Positions 32,763 through 45,501 of a stretch of 64,000 nt of DNA are shown here, one piece after another. This DNA comes from an uncultured delta proteobacterium (GTDB taxonomy: Bacteria > Desulfobacterota > Binatia > Binatales > Binataceae), in the NCBI GenBank assembly GCA_963724395.1, contig CAVRUK010000005.1:1001261-1065260 (forward strand). Reading direction: 5' to 3'. Both the position numbers and the translations under genes were made by a program. The number at the start of each line of letters is the position of its first letter. Position 1 is the stretch's first letter. The notes below the pieces were generated by a model. It ran no database searches. It had not been told where the DNA came from and was given only the letters and a program-made list of their open reading frames with translations.

Positions 32763-32949
32763 CGACGCACCCCAGTTAATCGCAAGTAAATCGCATCGCA
32801 AGCCAATAAACTTCGCCAAATCACACTTAATATATGATACGTATCGCCGCAAATAGTCGTTTACAGACAAAACCGCTGCCGCTCATTTAGTCATCACGAC
32901 GAAGCAAGCACCGCGAGCGCGGCAATCTCTCAGTTTCAATTGCGGGCTC

Positions 32950-32990
32950 TTCCCCTCTCCCTGCAAGGGAGAGGATGAAGGTGAGGGTCC
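32950..32990 (+). repeat. REP-like palindrome variant
   Basis: CCCCTCTCCCTGCAAGGGAGAGGATGAAGGTGAGGG. Confidence 0.7.
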
Positions 32991-33197
32991 GATTACAGCG
33001 CGCTATTCTGCGCGCGATTCAAGATTCTGCCTCTTCTCCGAACCCGTATCCGGAGGTTATGCAAAGTTCCCCCTCCGCTCGACAAGGGGATCTTTCACTT
33101 GACACCAGAGAGCGATTTGCCAATCTCGCTCCATTCGTCCGATGGCCCGGGCTACTGAGCGCATCTTTCGGACGTTGACGAGTTGGGGAGGGACTGG

Positions 33198-34124
33198 GTG
33201 ACAATCTGCATAGTAGCTCGTTCAACCGAGAAGGGCGGTTCGTTTGTCGTGGCTGGCGACCGGCTCTTTTCTTATGGCGGAGTATATCTCTACGACAGTA
33301 TTTCACTTAAGAGACTTCCCATCTCGTATGACCGTCGCTGGCACTGCATGTTTGCTGGCGATGTTGCGCGCGTCATGCCACTAGTGAGATTGGTCAGAAA
33401 AGATCTAGGCGTGCGCCGACCGCCCTATCGTTACGAACAGATCGAGCGCGCTTGGATAAGGGCGTTCCAAGATTATCGCGAACAACTAGTGAACGACCGA
33501 ATTCTCAGTGTCTATAAGACCGACTTAGCTAGTTACCAGCAAAAGGCCTTGAAGTTTGGGCCGAAGGAATGCGCGAGGATTAACCGACGTATTGAGAGAT
33601 CGCGAATTGGAGTGCAATTTATCGTCTATGGTTATGACGACCTGAATGATTCGCATTTGATGACCCTATGTGAAACGTCCACACAGCCGGTGGTTGTCGA
33701 ATCGATTGATCTTGACCAGGAAGGTTGGGCCGTTATCGGCTGCGGTTCCAAATTTGCACGCGCATCTCTGTTATCAAGTGGACTATTGCCCGTTCATTCT
33801 CAGGTCGAAATGTTGTGCCGTGTATGTGAAGCGAAAATCGAAGCCGAAAAAGACCATCAAGTAGGGAAAGACTCTGCTGCTGGCGTTAGCAATAGGCCAA
33901 CAAGCAAAGTCGCGCCGACAACTGAAGCATTCATTCCAATACCCGCCGTGCAAGCTATCCGTTATGCTCACGCTCAGCGCAAGGACAGACCTTATCCGAA
34001 TGAGTTGTTGACGGCTCTGTCAGACTGCATTGATAGCAACATTACCACTGAGAGAATGCACGAAGCGATCTGGCGAGCAGAGCAGATGATTATCGCTGAA
34101 AATCAAAAGCGCCGTGGACGCTAA
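33198..34124 (+). CDS. proteasome beta-subunit-like Ntn-hydrolase-fold protein
   Basis: GTG start after GGAGG; N-terminus T-I-C-I-V-A..VVAGDR, FAGD, IGCGS; lower GC than flanks. Confidence 0.65.
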   Translation: MTICIVARSTEKGGSFVVAGDRLFSYGGVYLYDSISLKRLPISYDRRWHCMFAGDVARVMPLVRLVRKDLGVRRPPYRYEQIERAWIRAFQDYREQLVNDRILSVYKTDLASYQQKALKFGPKECARINRRIERSRIGVQFIVYGYDDLNDSHLMTLCETSTQPVVVESIDLDQEGWAVIGCGSKFARASLLSSGLLPVHSQVEMLCRVCEAKIEAEKDHQVGKDSAAGVSNRPTSKVAPTTEAFIPIPAVQAIRYAHAQRKDRPYPNELLTALSDCIDSNITTERMHEAIWRAEQMIIAENQKRRGR

Positions 34125-34166
34125 GCAGCTTTCGTCCTGATCGACCACGAACTCCTCGCCCGCCAA

Positions 34167-34373
34167 GAGGGATGAACTTTTCGGCCTTACCCTCGCGCGC
34201 TTCCCGTGTTACCCATACAACATGGACAAACCTCATCACGGTCCGCCCCCCTCGACCCTCCCGCCGACCTGCTCGACCATCGGGCGACCGGGTTGCGCGC
34301 AGAATCATTTTTTGACGGAACGAAGCTACCGATAGTGGTAGACCCCTCCCAAACCCACAACTAATGGTATGAA
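34167..34373 (+). repeat. dispersed bipartite non-coding element, copy 2
   Basis: GAGGGATGAACTTTTCGGCCTTAC-N15-GTGTTA...ATGG; core at 34311. Confidence 0.85.
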
Positions 34374-34430
34374 TTTGCTTTTTCGGCTCATTTCAATCGT
34401 CCAGAATTGCGCCATTCCTTCCTCATTTGA

Positions 34431-36746
<2,316 letters not shown>

Positions 36747-36947
36747 TAGTGCACCAATGGCGGTTAGCCATTGCTCTACACGTCCCCGAATCGAAAAGCG
36801 ACGCGTCGAATGCCCAATCATGTCCCAAGGTGCGACACGGCTGTCTCCGCTTCAGTCGCCCCTGAATGCACTTTGAGGCTTAGCTTGTCAGCACGACAAG
36901 GCATGGACGTTGCGTATCACCGGCAGTCGAGGAGGACCGCACTTCCC

Positions 36948-37760
36948 ATGGACCCGATCATCCAACAGTCTTTAGCCGGCAGGAGGTTCGCCTTGCTCGG
37001 ATTCGAAACGGCGGAGGCCGATTCGATCATCGCGGCGCTGGGGACCGTCCGTGGAATTGGCCATGTGGTCGGAGCGACACTGAATATTCCCCGGCTCAAC
37101 GGCATTTCTCACTTCGACGCTTGCTTCGTCAACACTTCGGCGGCGAGCGTTGGCGAGCAGCCGGCGCCTATCGAAATGATCGCGCGCAGCCGCAAGCCGG
37201 CGGTGATCGTCGGCACGTTCGATGAGTTGGTGATGCGAGTCGGCGCATTCGCCGGCCTCAGCCGCGATTTCATCATGCGCCCGTGCCAGCCCGATGAACT
37301 CTTGCTCAGGGCGCACCGCATCCTCAGGTTCGTCGAGAGCGCGTCGGCGGCGATTGAGATTCAGCGCCCGCTCCGAAACGGCGCCCGGCATGTTGTGCTG
37401 GCCGATGACGACGCCACGACCGTCGTTATGATCTCGACGATCCTGAAGCACTTCAATTTTCAGTGCGATGTCGCGCACGACGGTGCGCAGGCGATTGAGA
37501 TTGCCCGCGAGAAGAAGCCCGACCTGGTGCTGCTGGACGTGTCGATGCCGCATATGAATGGGTTCGAAGCGCTGACTGCTCTGCGCGGCGACTCTGCCAC
37601 CAGGGACACGCGGGTGATCCTGGTCAGCGCGCATCATGATGAAGCCGAGGTGGTCAAGGGTTTCTCGCTCGGCGCCGACGACTACATCACCAAGCCGTTC
37701 AACTCGGGCGAGTTGATGGCTCGGATCAACCGGGTTTTGCGCGAACGTGAAGACAACTAA
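36948..37760 (+). CDS. response regulator (degenerate N-terminal REC + C-terminal REC)
   Basis: LADDD, PDLVLLDVSMP, GADDYITKPF. Confidence 0.88.
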   Translation: MDPIIQQSLAGRRFALLGFETAEADSIIAALGTVRGIGHVVGATLNIPRLNGISHFDACFVNTSAASVGEQPAPIEMIARSRKPAVIVGTFDELVMRVGAFAGLSRDFIMRPCQPDELLLRAHRILRFVESASAAIEIQRPLRNGARHVVLADDDATTVVMISTILKHFNFQCDVAHDGAQAIEIAREKKPDLVLLDVSMPHMNGFEALTALRGDSATRDTRVILVSAHHDEAEVVKGFSLGADDYITKPFNSGELMARINRVLREREDN

Positions 37761-37805
37761 CCGGACTGGTTGTCATGTAACGCTCGCCTGTTTTACTGTT
37801 CCCGG

Positions 37806-38582
37806 GTGTTTCGACTCGACGGCAAGACCGCGATCGCCACCGGCGCCGGTTCGGGGATAGGCCTGGCGATCGCCTCGACGTTCGCACAAAACGGCGCGCG
37901 CGTCTTTGTGCTCGATCGCGATCTCACAGCGGCCGGCGCCGCCGTCGAGAGTATTCGCGCGGCCGGCGGCGCGGCATCTGCCGTCGAATGCGACGTCGCG
38001 ATCGCTGATTCGGTCGAAGCCGCCTTCGCACGCATCGATTCGGACCGCAATGCGCCGCGCATCGACATCCTGGTGAACAACGCCGGAATCGCGCACATCG
38101 GCACGGTCGAGAGCACCTCAGAAGCCGACCTCGACCGGATCTATTCGGTCAACGTGAAGGGTATCTTTCTCTGTTCGCGGGCCGCTGTGCGCCGGATGCT
38201 CGCGAGCGGCGGCGGCGTGATTCTCAATCTCGCGTCGATTGCGTCGCTGATCGGGCTCACCGACCGCTTCGCCTACTCGATGAGCAAGGGCGCGGTGCTG
38301 ACGATGACGCGATCGATCGCGGTCGACTACGTGAAGCGCGGCATCCGATGCAACTGCATCTGTCCCGCCCGCGTTCACACGCCATTCGTCGACGGCTATC
38401 TGCGCACCACTTACCCCGGCCGTGAAGCCGAGATGTTCAAACAACTGTCCGAGTATCAGCCGCTGGGCAGAATGGGCACGCCCGCGGAAGTCGCCGCGCT
38501 CGCGCTCTACCTATGTTCGGACGAGGCCTCGTTCATCACGGGACAGGCATATCCGATCGACGGCGGCGTGCTCGTATTCTGA
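37806..38582 (+). CDS. SDR oxidoreductase (likely 2-keto-3-deoxy-L-fuconate dehydrogenase-like)
   Basis: TGAGSGIG, NNAG, YSMSK; fucose-pathway context. Confidence 0.85.
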   Translation: MFRLDGKTAIATGAGSGIGLAIASTFAQNGARVFVLDRDLTAAGAAVESIRAAGGAASAVECDVAIADSVEAAFARIDSDRNAPRIDILVNNAGIAHIGTVESTSEADLDRIYSVNVKGIFLCSRAAVRRMLASGGGVILNLASIASLIGLTDRFAYSMSKGAVLTMTRSIAVDYVKRGIRCNCICPARVHTPFVDGYLRTTYPGREAEMFKQLSEYQPLGRMGTPAEVAALALYLCSDEASFITGQAYPIDGGVLVF

Positions 38583-38914
38583 TGAAACAGTACGGCCGCA
38601 CCATCAACCTCAAGAACGACCCGAAGATCATCGAGCGCTACCTCGAGCATCATCGCGCGATTTGGCCCGAGGTCGAGCGCGGGCTCAAGTCCATCGGCAT
38701 CGAGCGGATGCTCATCTTCATGCTTGGCCGGCAACTGTTCATGTTCATGGAGACGACGGACGCATTCGATCCCGAGCGCGACTTCGCGCGCTACGAGGCA
38801 AGCAATCCGCGCAATCGCGAATGGCAGGAACTGATGACCTCGATGCAGGAGCCGGTCCCGGGCGCGCAACCTGGCGAATGGTGGGCCGAAATGAAGCTGG
38901 TCTTCACGCTCTAA
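38582..38914 (+). CDS. L-rhamnose/L-fucose mutarotase
   Basis: Y..HH..IWPEV, LFMFME, W..M..VF. Confidence 0.85.
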   Translation: MKQYGRTINLKNDPKIIERYLEHHRAIWPEVERGLKSIGIERMLIFMLGRQLFMFMETTDAFDPERDFARYEASNPRNREWQELMTSMQEPVPGAQPGEWWAEMKLVFTL

Positions 38915-38933
38915 GTGGCGCGACCTGCTTGGT

Positions 38934-39755
38934 CTAATTCGAGGTCGTCGGCTTGACGAACTTGAGCGTCATTCGGTCGCTCTCTCCGATTGCCAGATAC
39001 TTGGCGCGATCCTTATCACCTTGGCGCAAGGTTGGCGGCAGATTCCACACCGGATGATCGCGCTGGTCCTTGGGATTCGCATTGATCTCCGACGTGCCCG
39101 CCAGCTTGAAGCCGGCCCGCTCCGCCAGTTGGACCATATAGTCCTGGCGCACGTATCCATTCTTGGCTTTCGGATCCTGCGGCTGCGACGGATCGGCGCG
39201 ATGGTCGGTTACGCCCAGGATTCCGCCGGGTTTGAGCGCGCGGTAAAAAGCCTTGAAGTAGTCTTCCGAGGTGCCGCGCGGAATCCAGTCGTGCACGTTG
39301 CGAAACGTCAAGACCATATCCGCCGAGCCCGCGGGCGCGATTTCGGTTTCGGCCGGCGGCTGGAGCGTAGTTACGATCACCTGGCCATAAACAGCGGGAT
39401 CGGCCTTGAGCTTCTCCTCGAAGGTCTTGGCGCCCGTCCCTCCCCCCACCGCTTCGTAGAGCTTGCCGTGGTCTTTGAGAAACGGCGCCAGGATCTCGGT
39501 GTACCAACCCGTCCCCGGCGAGATTTCGACCACGGTCATCTCGGGCTTAATCCCGAAGAAGGTGAGCGTCTTGAGCGGATGGCGATATTTGTCGCGAGCC
39601 TTGTTTGCCTCGGAACGCTGCGGTCCCGCGATCGCGGCCCGGAGCGAGGCGGTCGTGCTGGTGTCATCCGCGGCAGCCTCGAATCGCGTCGATGAGATCG
39701 CAACGATCGACACAGTAAGCAGGACTGACAAGGGTAATCTGATTCTGTGCTTCAT
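38934..39755 (-). CDS. exported class I SAM-dependent methyltransferase-like protein
   Basis: signal peptide; RDKYRHP, EISPGTGWYT, TFRNVHDW, IGESDR. Confidence 0.85.
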   Translation of the reverse strand: MKHRIRLPLSVLLTVSIVAISSTRFEAAADDTSTTASLRAAIAGPQRSEANKARDKYRHPLKTLTFFGIKPEMTVVEISPGTGWYTEILAPFLKDHGKLYEAVGGGTGAKTFEEKLKADPAVYGQVIVTTLQPPAETEIAPAGSADMVLTFRNVHDWIPRGTSEDYFKAFYRALKPGGILGVTDHRADPSQPQDPKAKNGYVRQDYMVQLAERAGFKLAGTSEINANPKDQRDHPVWNLPPTLRQGDKDRAKYLAIGESDRMTLKFVKPTTSN

Positions 39756-41056
39756 TTCCTTCTCCATTCCGAGCCGCCGGGGAATTCAAACGCCGCGAGC
39801 GACGCCGGGAGCATCTCGATGCTGAAGCCTGGCGCGGTCGGCGCCATGTACCTGTCGCCGCGCACCACCACCGGATTCTTGAAGTGCTCGTGCAGGTGGT
39901 CGGCGAATTCGATCATCCGGTTGTCGAGGCTGCCGCTCACGCAGATGTAATCGATCAACGAAACATGCTGGCCGTATTCGCACAGTCCCAGTCCACCCGC
40001 ATGCGGACAGACCGGCACGCCGAACTTCGCGGCGAGCAGGAGGACGGCGAGCGCTTCGCTGAGTCCGCCAAGGCGGCAATTGTCGAACTGGCAGAAGTCG
40101 ATCGCGCCCGCCTGCATCAACTGCTTGAACATCACGCGATTGGCGGCGTGCTCTCCGGTCGCGACGCCGACCGGTTTGATCGCGCGGCGAATCGTCGCGT
40201 GGCCCAGGATGTCGTCGGGGCTGGTGGGCTCTTCGATCCACAGCGGATTGAAGCGCGCGAGCGGGCGCATGAACTCGATCGCCTCGCCGACGTCCCACGC
40301 CTGGTTCGCGTCCATCATCATGACGGCGCGCGGTCCGATTTCTTCACGCACGAGCGCGGCGCGATGAACGTTGGCGGCCGAGTCGCGGCCCACCTTTATC
40401 TTGAACCGGCTCCATCCCGCGGCCAGCGCCTCGCGGCATAGCCGGCGCACTTTGTCGTCGGGATAGCCCATCCATCCGGCCGAAGTGATGTAGGCGGGGT
40501 AGCCCTCCTTTCGCATCTGCGCTTCGCGCTCGCCGCGCGTTGCAAATTTGCCGCGCAGGATTTCGAGCGCATCGTCGCGACTGAGCGCGTCGGTGAGGTA
40601 GCGGAAGTCGATGCACGAGACGAACTGCTCGGGCGTCATGTCGGCGACGAGTTTCCACACCGGCTTGCGCTCGATTTTGGCGTAAAGATCCCAGACCGCA
40701 TTTACGATTGCCGCGGTCGCGAGATGAATCGCGCCTTTCTCGGGACCGATCCACCTGAGCTGGCTTTCAAAAGTGAGGCGATCCCAGAAGCCGCCGAGGT
40801 CAGCGACTAAGTCTTCGTATTTCGAGCCGACCACCAGATGCTGCAGCGCGCGGACGGCGGCCACTACGACTTCGTTGCCGCGCCCGATCGTGAACGTCAT
40901 GCCGTGGCCTTCGATGCCGTCGCGCGCGTCGGTGGTCAGCACTACATAGGTGGCGGAATAGTCGGGATCCGTGTGCACGGCGTCGGAGCCGGCGAGCGTT
41001 CTGGAGGTCGGGGTTCGGATGTCGCGGACCGACAGTCCGGAAATTGTGCGCGCCAT
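39752..41056 (-). CDS. L-fuconate dehydratase (enolase superfamily)
   Basis: GSDAVHTDPDYS, WIGPEKG, KIKVG, MDANQ, EEPTSPDD, CPHAGG. Confidence 0.92.
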   Translation of the reverse strand: MARTISGLSVRDIRTPTSRTLAGSDAVHTDPDYSATYVVLTTDARDGIEGHGMTFTIGRGNEVVVAAVRALQHLVVGSKYEDLVADLGGFWDRLTFESQLRWIGPEKGAIHLATAAIVNAVWDLYAKIERKPVWKLVADMTPEQFVSCIDFRYLTDALSRDDALEILRGKFATRGEREAQMRKEGYPAYITSAGWMGYPDDKVRRLCREALAAGWSRFKIKVGRDSAANVHRAALVREEIGPRAVMMMDANQAWDVGEAIEFMRPLARFNPLWIEEPTSPDDILGHATIRRAIKPVGVATGEHAANRVMFKQLMQAGAIDFCQFDNCRLGGLSEALAVLLLAAKFGVPVCPHAGGLGLCEYGQHVSLIDYICVSGSLDNRMIEFADHLHEHFKNPVVVRGDRYMAPTAPGFSIEMLPASLAAFEFPGGSEWRRK

Positions 41057-41099
41057 GATCGCTTCCTCTGCGCGGCATGGTAGCATCGCGCGACCGGCG

Positions 41100-42185
41100 A
41101 TGACGACTCAAACGCCACTCGCGATCCGCGATCTGCGGCAGTCATGGCCGCGTCCGTCGGCACCGAAGCCGATCGTCGTGATCGGTGCGGGAAGTATCGT
41201 TCGCGACGCCCATCTGCCGGTTTACAAACGTCTCGGCTTTCCGGTCGCGGGGATTTTCGACGTGAACCCAAAGGCGAGCCGGGAACGGGCGGCGGCGTTT
41301 GCGATTCCGCGCGTGTTTGACTCGCAGGATGAAGCCGCGTCGATGCGCGACGTAGTCTTCGACGTAGCGATCCCGCCTGAAAATATCGCGGGCGTGCTCG
41401 AACGGCTGCCGGTCGGCGCCGCGGTGCTGATTCAGAAGCCGATGGGCCGCGACCTTGCCGACGCGCGCCGCATCGTTGCGATTTGCCGCGAGCGCCGCCT
41501 GTCGGCCGCGGTGAATTTTCAGCTTCGCTTCGCGCCCGACATGCTGGCAATCAAGGACGCGCTCGAGCGCGGCGTCTTCGGCGACGTGCTCGACGTCGAG
41601 GTGCGGATCAATTTGCACACGCCGTGGAACTACTGGGCGTTCCTCAAGGGCGTGCCGCGCCTCGAGGTGCTGATGCATTCGATTCACTATCTCGATTTGA
41701 TTCGGTCGCTGCTTGGCGAACCGCGCGGCGTGTATTGCAAGGGCGTGCGGCATCCGGCGATGCCGGACTATTCCGACACGCGCACCAGTATCGTGCTCGA
41801 TTACGGCGACACGATTCGATGCAGCCTGACGATGAATCACGCGCATACGTTTGGCGAACGGCACGAGATGTCCCAGCTCAAGCTCGAAGGGACGCGCGGC
41901 GCCGCGATCGCGAAGATGGGCGTGAATCTCGACTATCCCGCGGGCGAGCCCGACACGCTCGAAATCGCGAGTGAAGATTCGAAGGGCTGGAGCGCGATCG
42001 CTTTGCGCGGTTCGTGGTTCCTCGAGGCGTTCGAGGGTCCGATGTCGAACCTGCAGCGATTCGCCGCCGGCGAAGATTCAAAACTGGTGTCGGGCGTCGA
42101 AGACGCGATCGGCACGATGGCGGTGGTCGAGGCGTGTTACGAATCGAGCGCGCACGGCGCCACCCCGATTCCCACAACGAGATAG
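41100..42185 (+). CDS. Gfo/Idh/MocA oxidoreductase
   Basis: IGAGSIV, IQKPMG, HSIHYLD. Confidence 0.9.
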   Translation: MTTQTPLAIRDLRQSWPRPSAPKPIVVIGAGSIVRDAHLPVYKRLGFPVAGIFDVNPKASRERAAAFAIPRVFDSQDEAASMRDVVFDVAIPPENIAGVLERLPVGAAVLIQKPMGRDLADARRIVAICRERRLSAAVNFQLRFAPDMLAIKDALERGVFGDVLDVEVRINLHTPWNYWAFLKGVPRLEVLMHSIHYLDLIRSLLGEPRGVYCKGVRHPAMPDYSDTRTSIVLDYGDTIRCSLTMNHAHTFGERHEMSQLKLEGTRGAAIAKMGVNLDYPAGEPDTLEIASEDSKGWSAIALRGSWFLEAFEGPMSNLQRFAAGEDSKLVSGVEDAIGTMAVVEACYESSAHGATPIPTTR

Positions 42186-42219
42186 AATCGCGATCATTGT
42201 CGGCGGAGGGTCTTCACCG

Positions 42220-42900
42220 ATGAGCAAAGAACATGTTGTTTTTTTGTTTGACGTCGATAACACGCTGATCGACAACGATCGCATCGTCGCCGACATGAGG
42301 AGCAATCTCGAGCGCGACATCGGCAGCGATTCGCAGCAGCGCTACTGGGAATATTTCGAGGAGCTGCGCACCGAGCTCGGCTACGCGGACTATCTCGGCG
42401 CGCTGCAGCGCTACCGGGTCAATCATCCGCGCGACTTCGGAATAATCGCGGTCTCGTACTTCCTGATGAACTACCATTTCGCAAACCGGCTGTTCCCCTG
42501 CGCGCTCGACGTGATCGAGCAATACAAGCAATACGGCGAGACGGCGATCCTGTCCGATGGCGACATGATTTTTCAGCCGCTCAAGATCGAGCGGTCGGGA
42601 CTGCGCGAAGCCGTCGATGAAAAGGTAATGATTTACATCCACAAGGAACAGGAACTCGACGACGTGAAGACGCGCTATCCGGCGGACCATTACGTGCTGA
42701 TCGATGACAAGGTGCGGATTCTCGACGCGGTGAAGAAGATCTGGGGCGCGCGCGTGACGACGGTGTTCCCGCGCCAGGGGCATTACGCGGCCGACGCAAG
42801 GGAGGTCGCCAAGTACATGACGCCCGACGTCACAGTGGACAGAATCGATCAGCTGCGCGACTACGATCTTGCGCGCCTGCGTGCGGCGACGAAGAGATAG
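42220..42900 (+). CDS. HAD family hydrolase
   Basis: FDVDNT, LSDGD, IDDK. Confidence 0.9.
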   Translation: MSKEHVVFLFDVDNTLIDNDRIVADMRSNLERDIGSDSQQRYWEYFEELRTELGYADYLGALQRYRVNHPRDFGIIAVSYFLMNYHFANRLFPCALDVIEQYKQYGETAILSDGDMIFQPLKIERSGLREAVDEKVMIYIHKEQELDDVKTRYPADHYVLIDDKVRILDAVKKIWGARVTTVFPRQGHYAADAREVAKYMTPDVTVDRIDQLRDYDLARLRAATKR

Positions 42901-42922
42901 GTGGTCGAGCGCCGCTACGCTA

Positions 42923-43625
42923 TCACGCGAGATCGAAGAACAGGACCTCGGCGGGAGATGTTCGCGACGATCGCTCACTTTCTCTTCGTCGCTGATTGCG
43001 GCGCCGTCGCCTTCCGCGAGCGCGACGCCGTTGACTGTGACTGTCGCCGCGCGCGACTTGCACCCATCCGTGGCGGCCCTTTTTCAGATTGGTCGCGACC
43101 GTCTGTCCGCGCTCGAGCTTTGCGACTGACAGCATCGCGTCCTGGTGAATCTTTCACTGACTGATCGCCGCCGTCGGGAGAGCCTACCGGCGCGAAGCCG
43201 CCGTGCGCTTTGGCATCGTCGATGGTTTTTTGCTCGTAGCCCGGCGCGATGCCGCGCGTGGCGGGCGTGATCCAGATTTGCAGAAAATGAACCGGGTCGG
43301 TTTTCGAATGATTGAATTCGCTGTGCGTGATTCCCGTGCCCGCGCTCATCCGCTGCGCTTCGCCGGGACGGATGACCGAGCCGGTGCCGAGGCTGTCCTT
43401 GTGCTCGAGCGCGCCTTCGAGAATGTAGGTGATGATCTCCATGTCGCGATGCGGATGGGTTGGGAAACCCGCGCCGGGGCGGACGCGATCCTCGTTGATA
43501 ACGCGCAGCGTGCGAAATCCCATCTGGTCCGGATCGTAGTAGTCGCCGAACGAAAAAGTGTGGCGGCTGTCGAGCCAGTCGATTTTGGTGCGTCCGCGGT
43601 CGGCGGACTTGCGCGGAGTGATCAT
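42923..43625 (-). pseudogene. pirin family protein with about four indels in the 3' third
   Basis: [25 protein letters not shown]; C-terminus recoverable only across frames. Confidence 0.85.
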
Positions 43626-43639
43626 CGAAGTCCCTCGAT

Positions 43640-44899
43640 TCAGGCCGCCTTGGCGGCCGGCTTCATCTTGAGGCGAATCGGCATGTGCTTGATGCCGCCG
43701 ACGAAGCTCGAGCGCAGCCGCTCGATGGGACCGGCGTGCTCGACGTGATCGAGGCGCTGGGCCAGCTGGCTGAAAATAATTTTCAGTTCGAGCCGCGCCA
43801 GGTTCGCGCCGAGGCAGAAATGCTCGCCGATGCCGAATGCGATATGCGGATTCGGATTGCGGCTGATGTCGAACTTGAAAGGATCCTTGAAAACTTCTTC
43901 GTCGCGATTCGCCGACGGATAGAACAGGCAGACCGATTCGCCGGCTTTGATCTTCTGGCCGCGAATGACGGTATCTTCGGTCGCGGTGCGCGCGAACTGG
44001 ATGACCGGCGTCGTCCAGCGCACGATCTCCTCGACCGCCGAGTCGATCAGCGCGGGATTGCGCTTGAGCTTCTGCCACTCGCCCGGATTGTCGATGAAAG
44101 CCTGCAGGCCGCCGGTGGTCGCGTTGCGCGTGGTCTCGTTGCCGGCCACGACCAGCAGGAAATAATAGGAGAGCATCTCGAACTGCGGTATCGGCTGGCC
44201 ATTGACCTTGCCGTTGGCGACGATGCTGGTGATGTCGTTGGTCGGATGCTTCATCCGCTCCGCCACCATGTCGGTGAAATACTGGAACAGGCCGAGCCGC
44301 GAACGATCCATCGTCTCCTGCGCGGTCGTCCCAGCCTGGAACTCGGGGTCGCCGCCGCCGATCGTCTCGTTGGTCCATCGAAAGAGCTGTTCCCAGTCCT
44401 TGTGCGGAACGCCGAGCAGCTCGGCGATGACGGCGAGCGGAATCTTCGACGATACGTCGGTGACGAAGTCGCAGGTGTCGCGGCCGGTCACGTCGTCGAG
44501 CACTCCGCGCGTGATGTTCTCGATTTCGGGCGCTAGCGGACTCACGCCACGCGGCGTGAAATGGCGGCTGACGACGACGCGATATTCGCCGTGGTCGGGC
44601 GGATCCATGTCGAGCAGATGGCGGAACGGCGGCGTCGGACTCTCCTCGAAGCCCTCCTCGTTGACGAACACCAGCAAGCGGGGGCCGTTGAGGAACAGGC
44701 GCGGCTGCTTCGAGATCTGAATGATGTCGGCGTGCTTGGTGATCGCCCAGAAGGGATCGGTCTTTGGATGCTCGCACCAGAAAACCGGTTTGTGCTTGCG
44801 CAGGTACGTCCATTCGCGATGCGGATAGCCGTTTTTCATGTAATGGTCGGGACCAATGATGTTCAACGATTCGAGTGACAGAGCCTGTTTAGTTTCCAT
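43640..44899 (-). CDS. cytochrome P450
   Basis: [21 protein letters not shown]. Confidence 0.96.
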   Translation of the reverse strand: METKQALSLESLNIIGPDHYMKNGYPHREWTYLRKHKPVFWCEHPKTDPFWAITKHADIIQISKQPRLFLNGPRLLVFVNEEGFEESPTPPFRHLLDMDPPDHGEYRVVVSRHFTPRGVSPLAPEIENITRGVLDDVTGRDTCDFVTDVSSKIPLAVIAELLGVPHKDWEQLFRWTNETIGGGDPEFQAGTTAQETMDRSRLGLFQYFTDMVAERMKHPTNDITSIVANGKVNGQPIPQFEMLSYYFLLVVAGNETTRNATTGGLQAFIDNPGEWQKLKRNPALIDSAVEEIVRWTTPVIQFARTATEDTVIRGQKIKAGESVCLFYPSANRDEEVFKDPFKFDISRNPNPHIAFGIGEHFCLGANLARLELKIIFSQLAQRLDHVEHAGPIERLRSSFVGGIKHMPIRLKMKPAAKAA

Positions 44900-44972
44900 T
44901 GGCGAATATCTCCGCGATGCCGGGATTTCCGTCTCGATTCCGCATTCTGACCGGTCGCGCGTGACGAGTCAT

Positions 44973-45167
44973 CTACTCGTCGCTGACCGTAATTGCCTGG
45001 CGGGGGCATAGCCGCACCGCGAGCTTGAGCTTGTCGCGCATGCGCTCGGGTGGATTTTCGATCAGCAGATGGCTCTTGTCGTCGTCGCGCACTTCAAACA
45101 CTTCCGGCGCCGCCTCCTGGCATTTCATGTTTCCCTCGCACAGCTTCAGATCGACAACGACCTTCAT
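44973..45167 (-). CDS. 3Fe-4S ferredoxin
   Basis: CEGNMKC..APEVF..CPRQAI, upstream of the P450. Confidence 0.92.
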   Translation of the reverse strand: MKVVVDLKLCEGNMKCQEAAPEVFEVRDDDKSHLLIENPPERMRDKLKLAVRLCPRQAITVSDE

Positions 45168-45501
45168 ATGACTAGTCTCCTTGCAAACGCACTGCGGCCG
45201 ACGCAGCGATCATATAAGAGGATGGAACTTGCGACCAGCCGCGCGAAGCAGGAGATTTTGTGCGCGCCTTGGCTACTCGCTCGAGGCACTTGGGCGGAAA
45301 GAATTTGCGCGAGGCTTTCGTCGGCTCGAAGCATCAATTTGTGGGCCAGACATGACTTGTAGATAGCAAAGACCCGAATTAGCGCAATCGTGGTGCTTTG
45401 AAGAACACGCGTCTTAACCGCACGCCTTGCGCCGTGACAGTCTTTCCTGCGATACCGAGGGTTATGTCGATTCGCTCGAATCGCTTCGCGGAGGATCTGT
45501 A

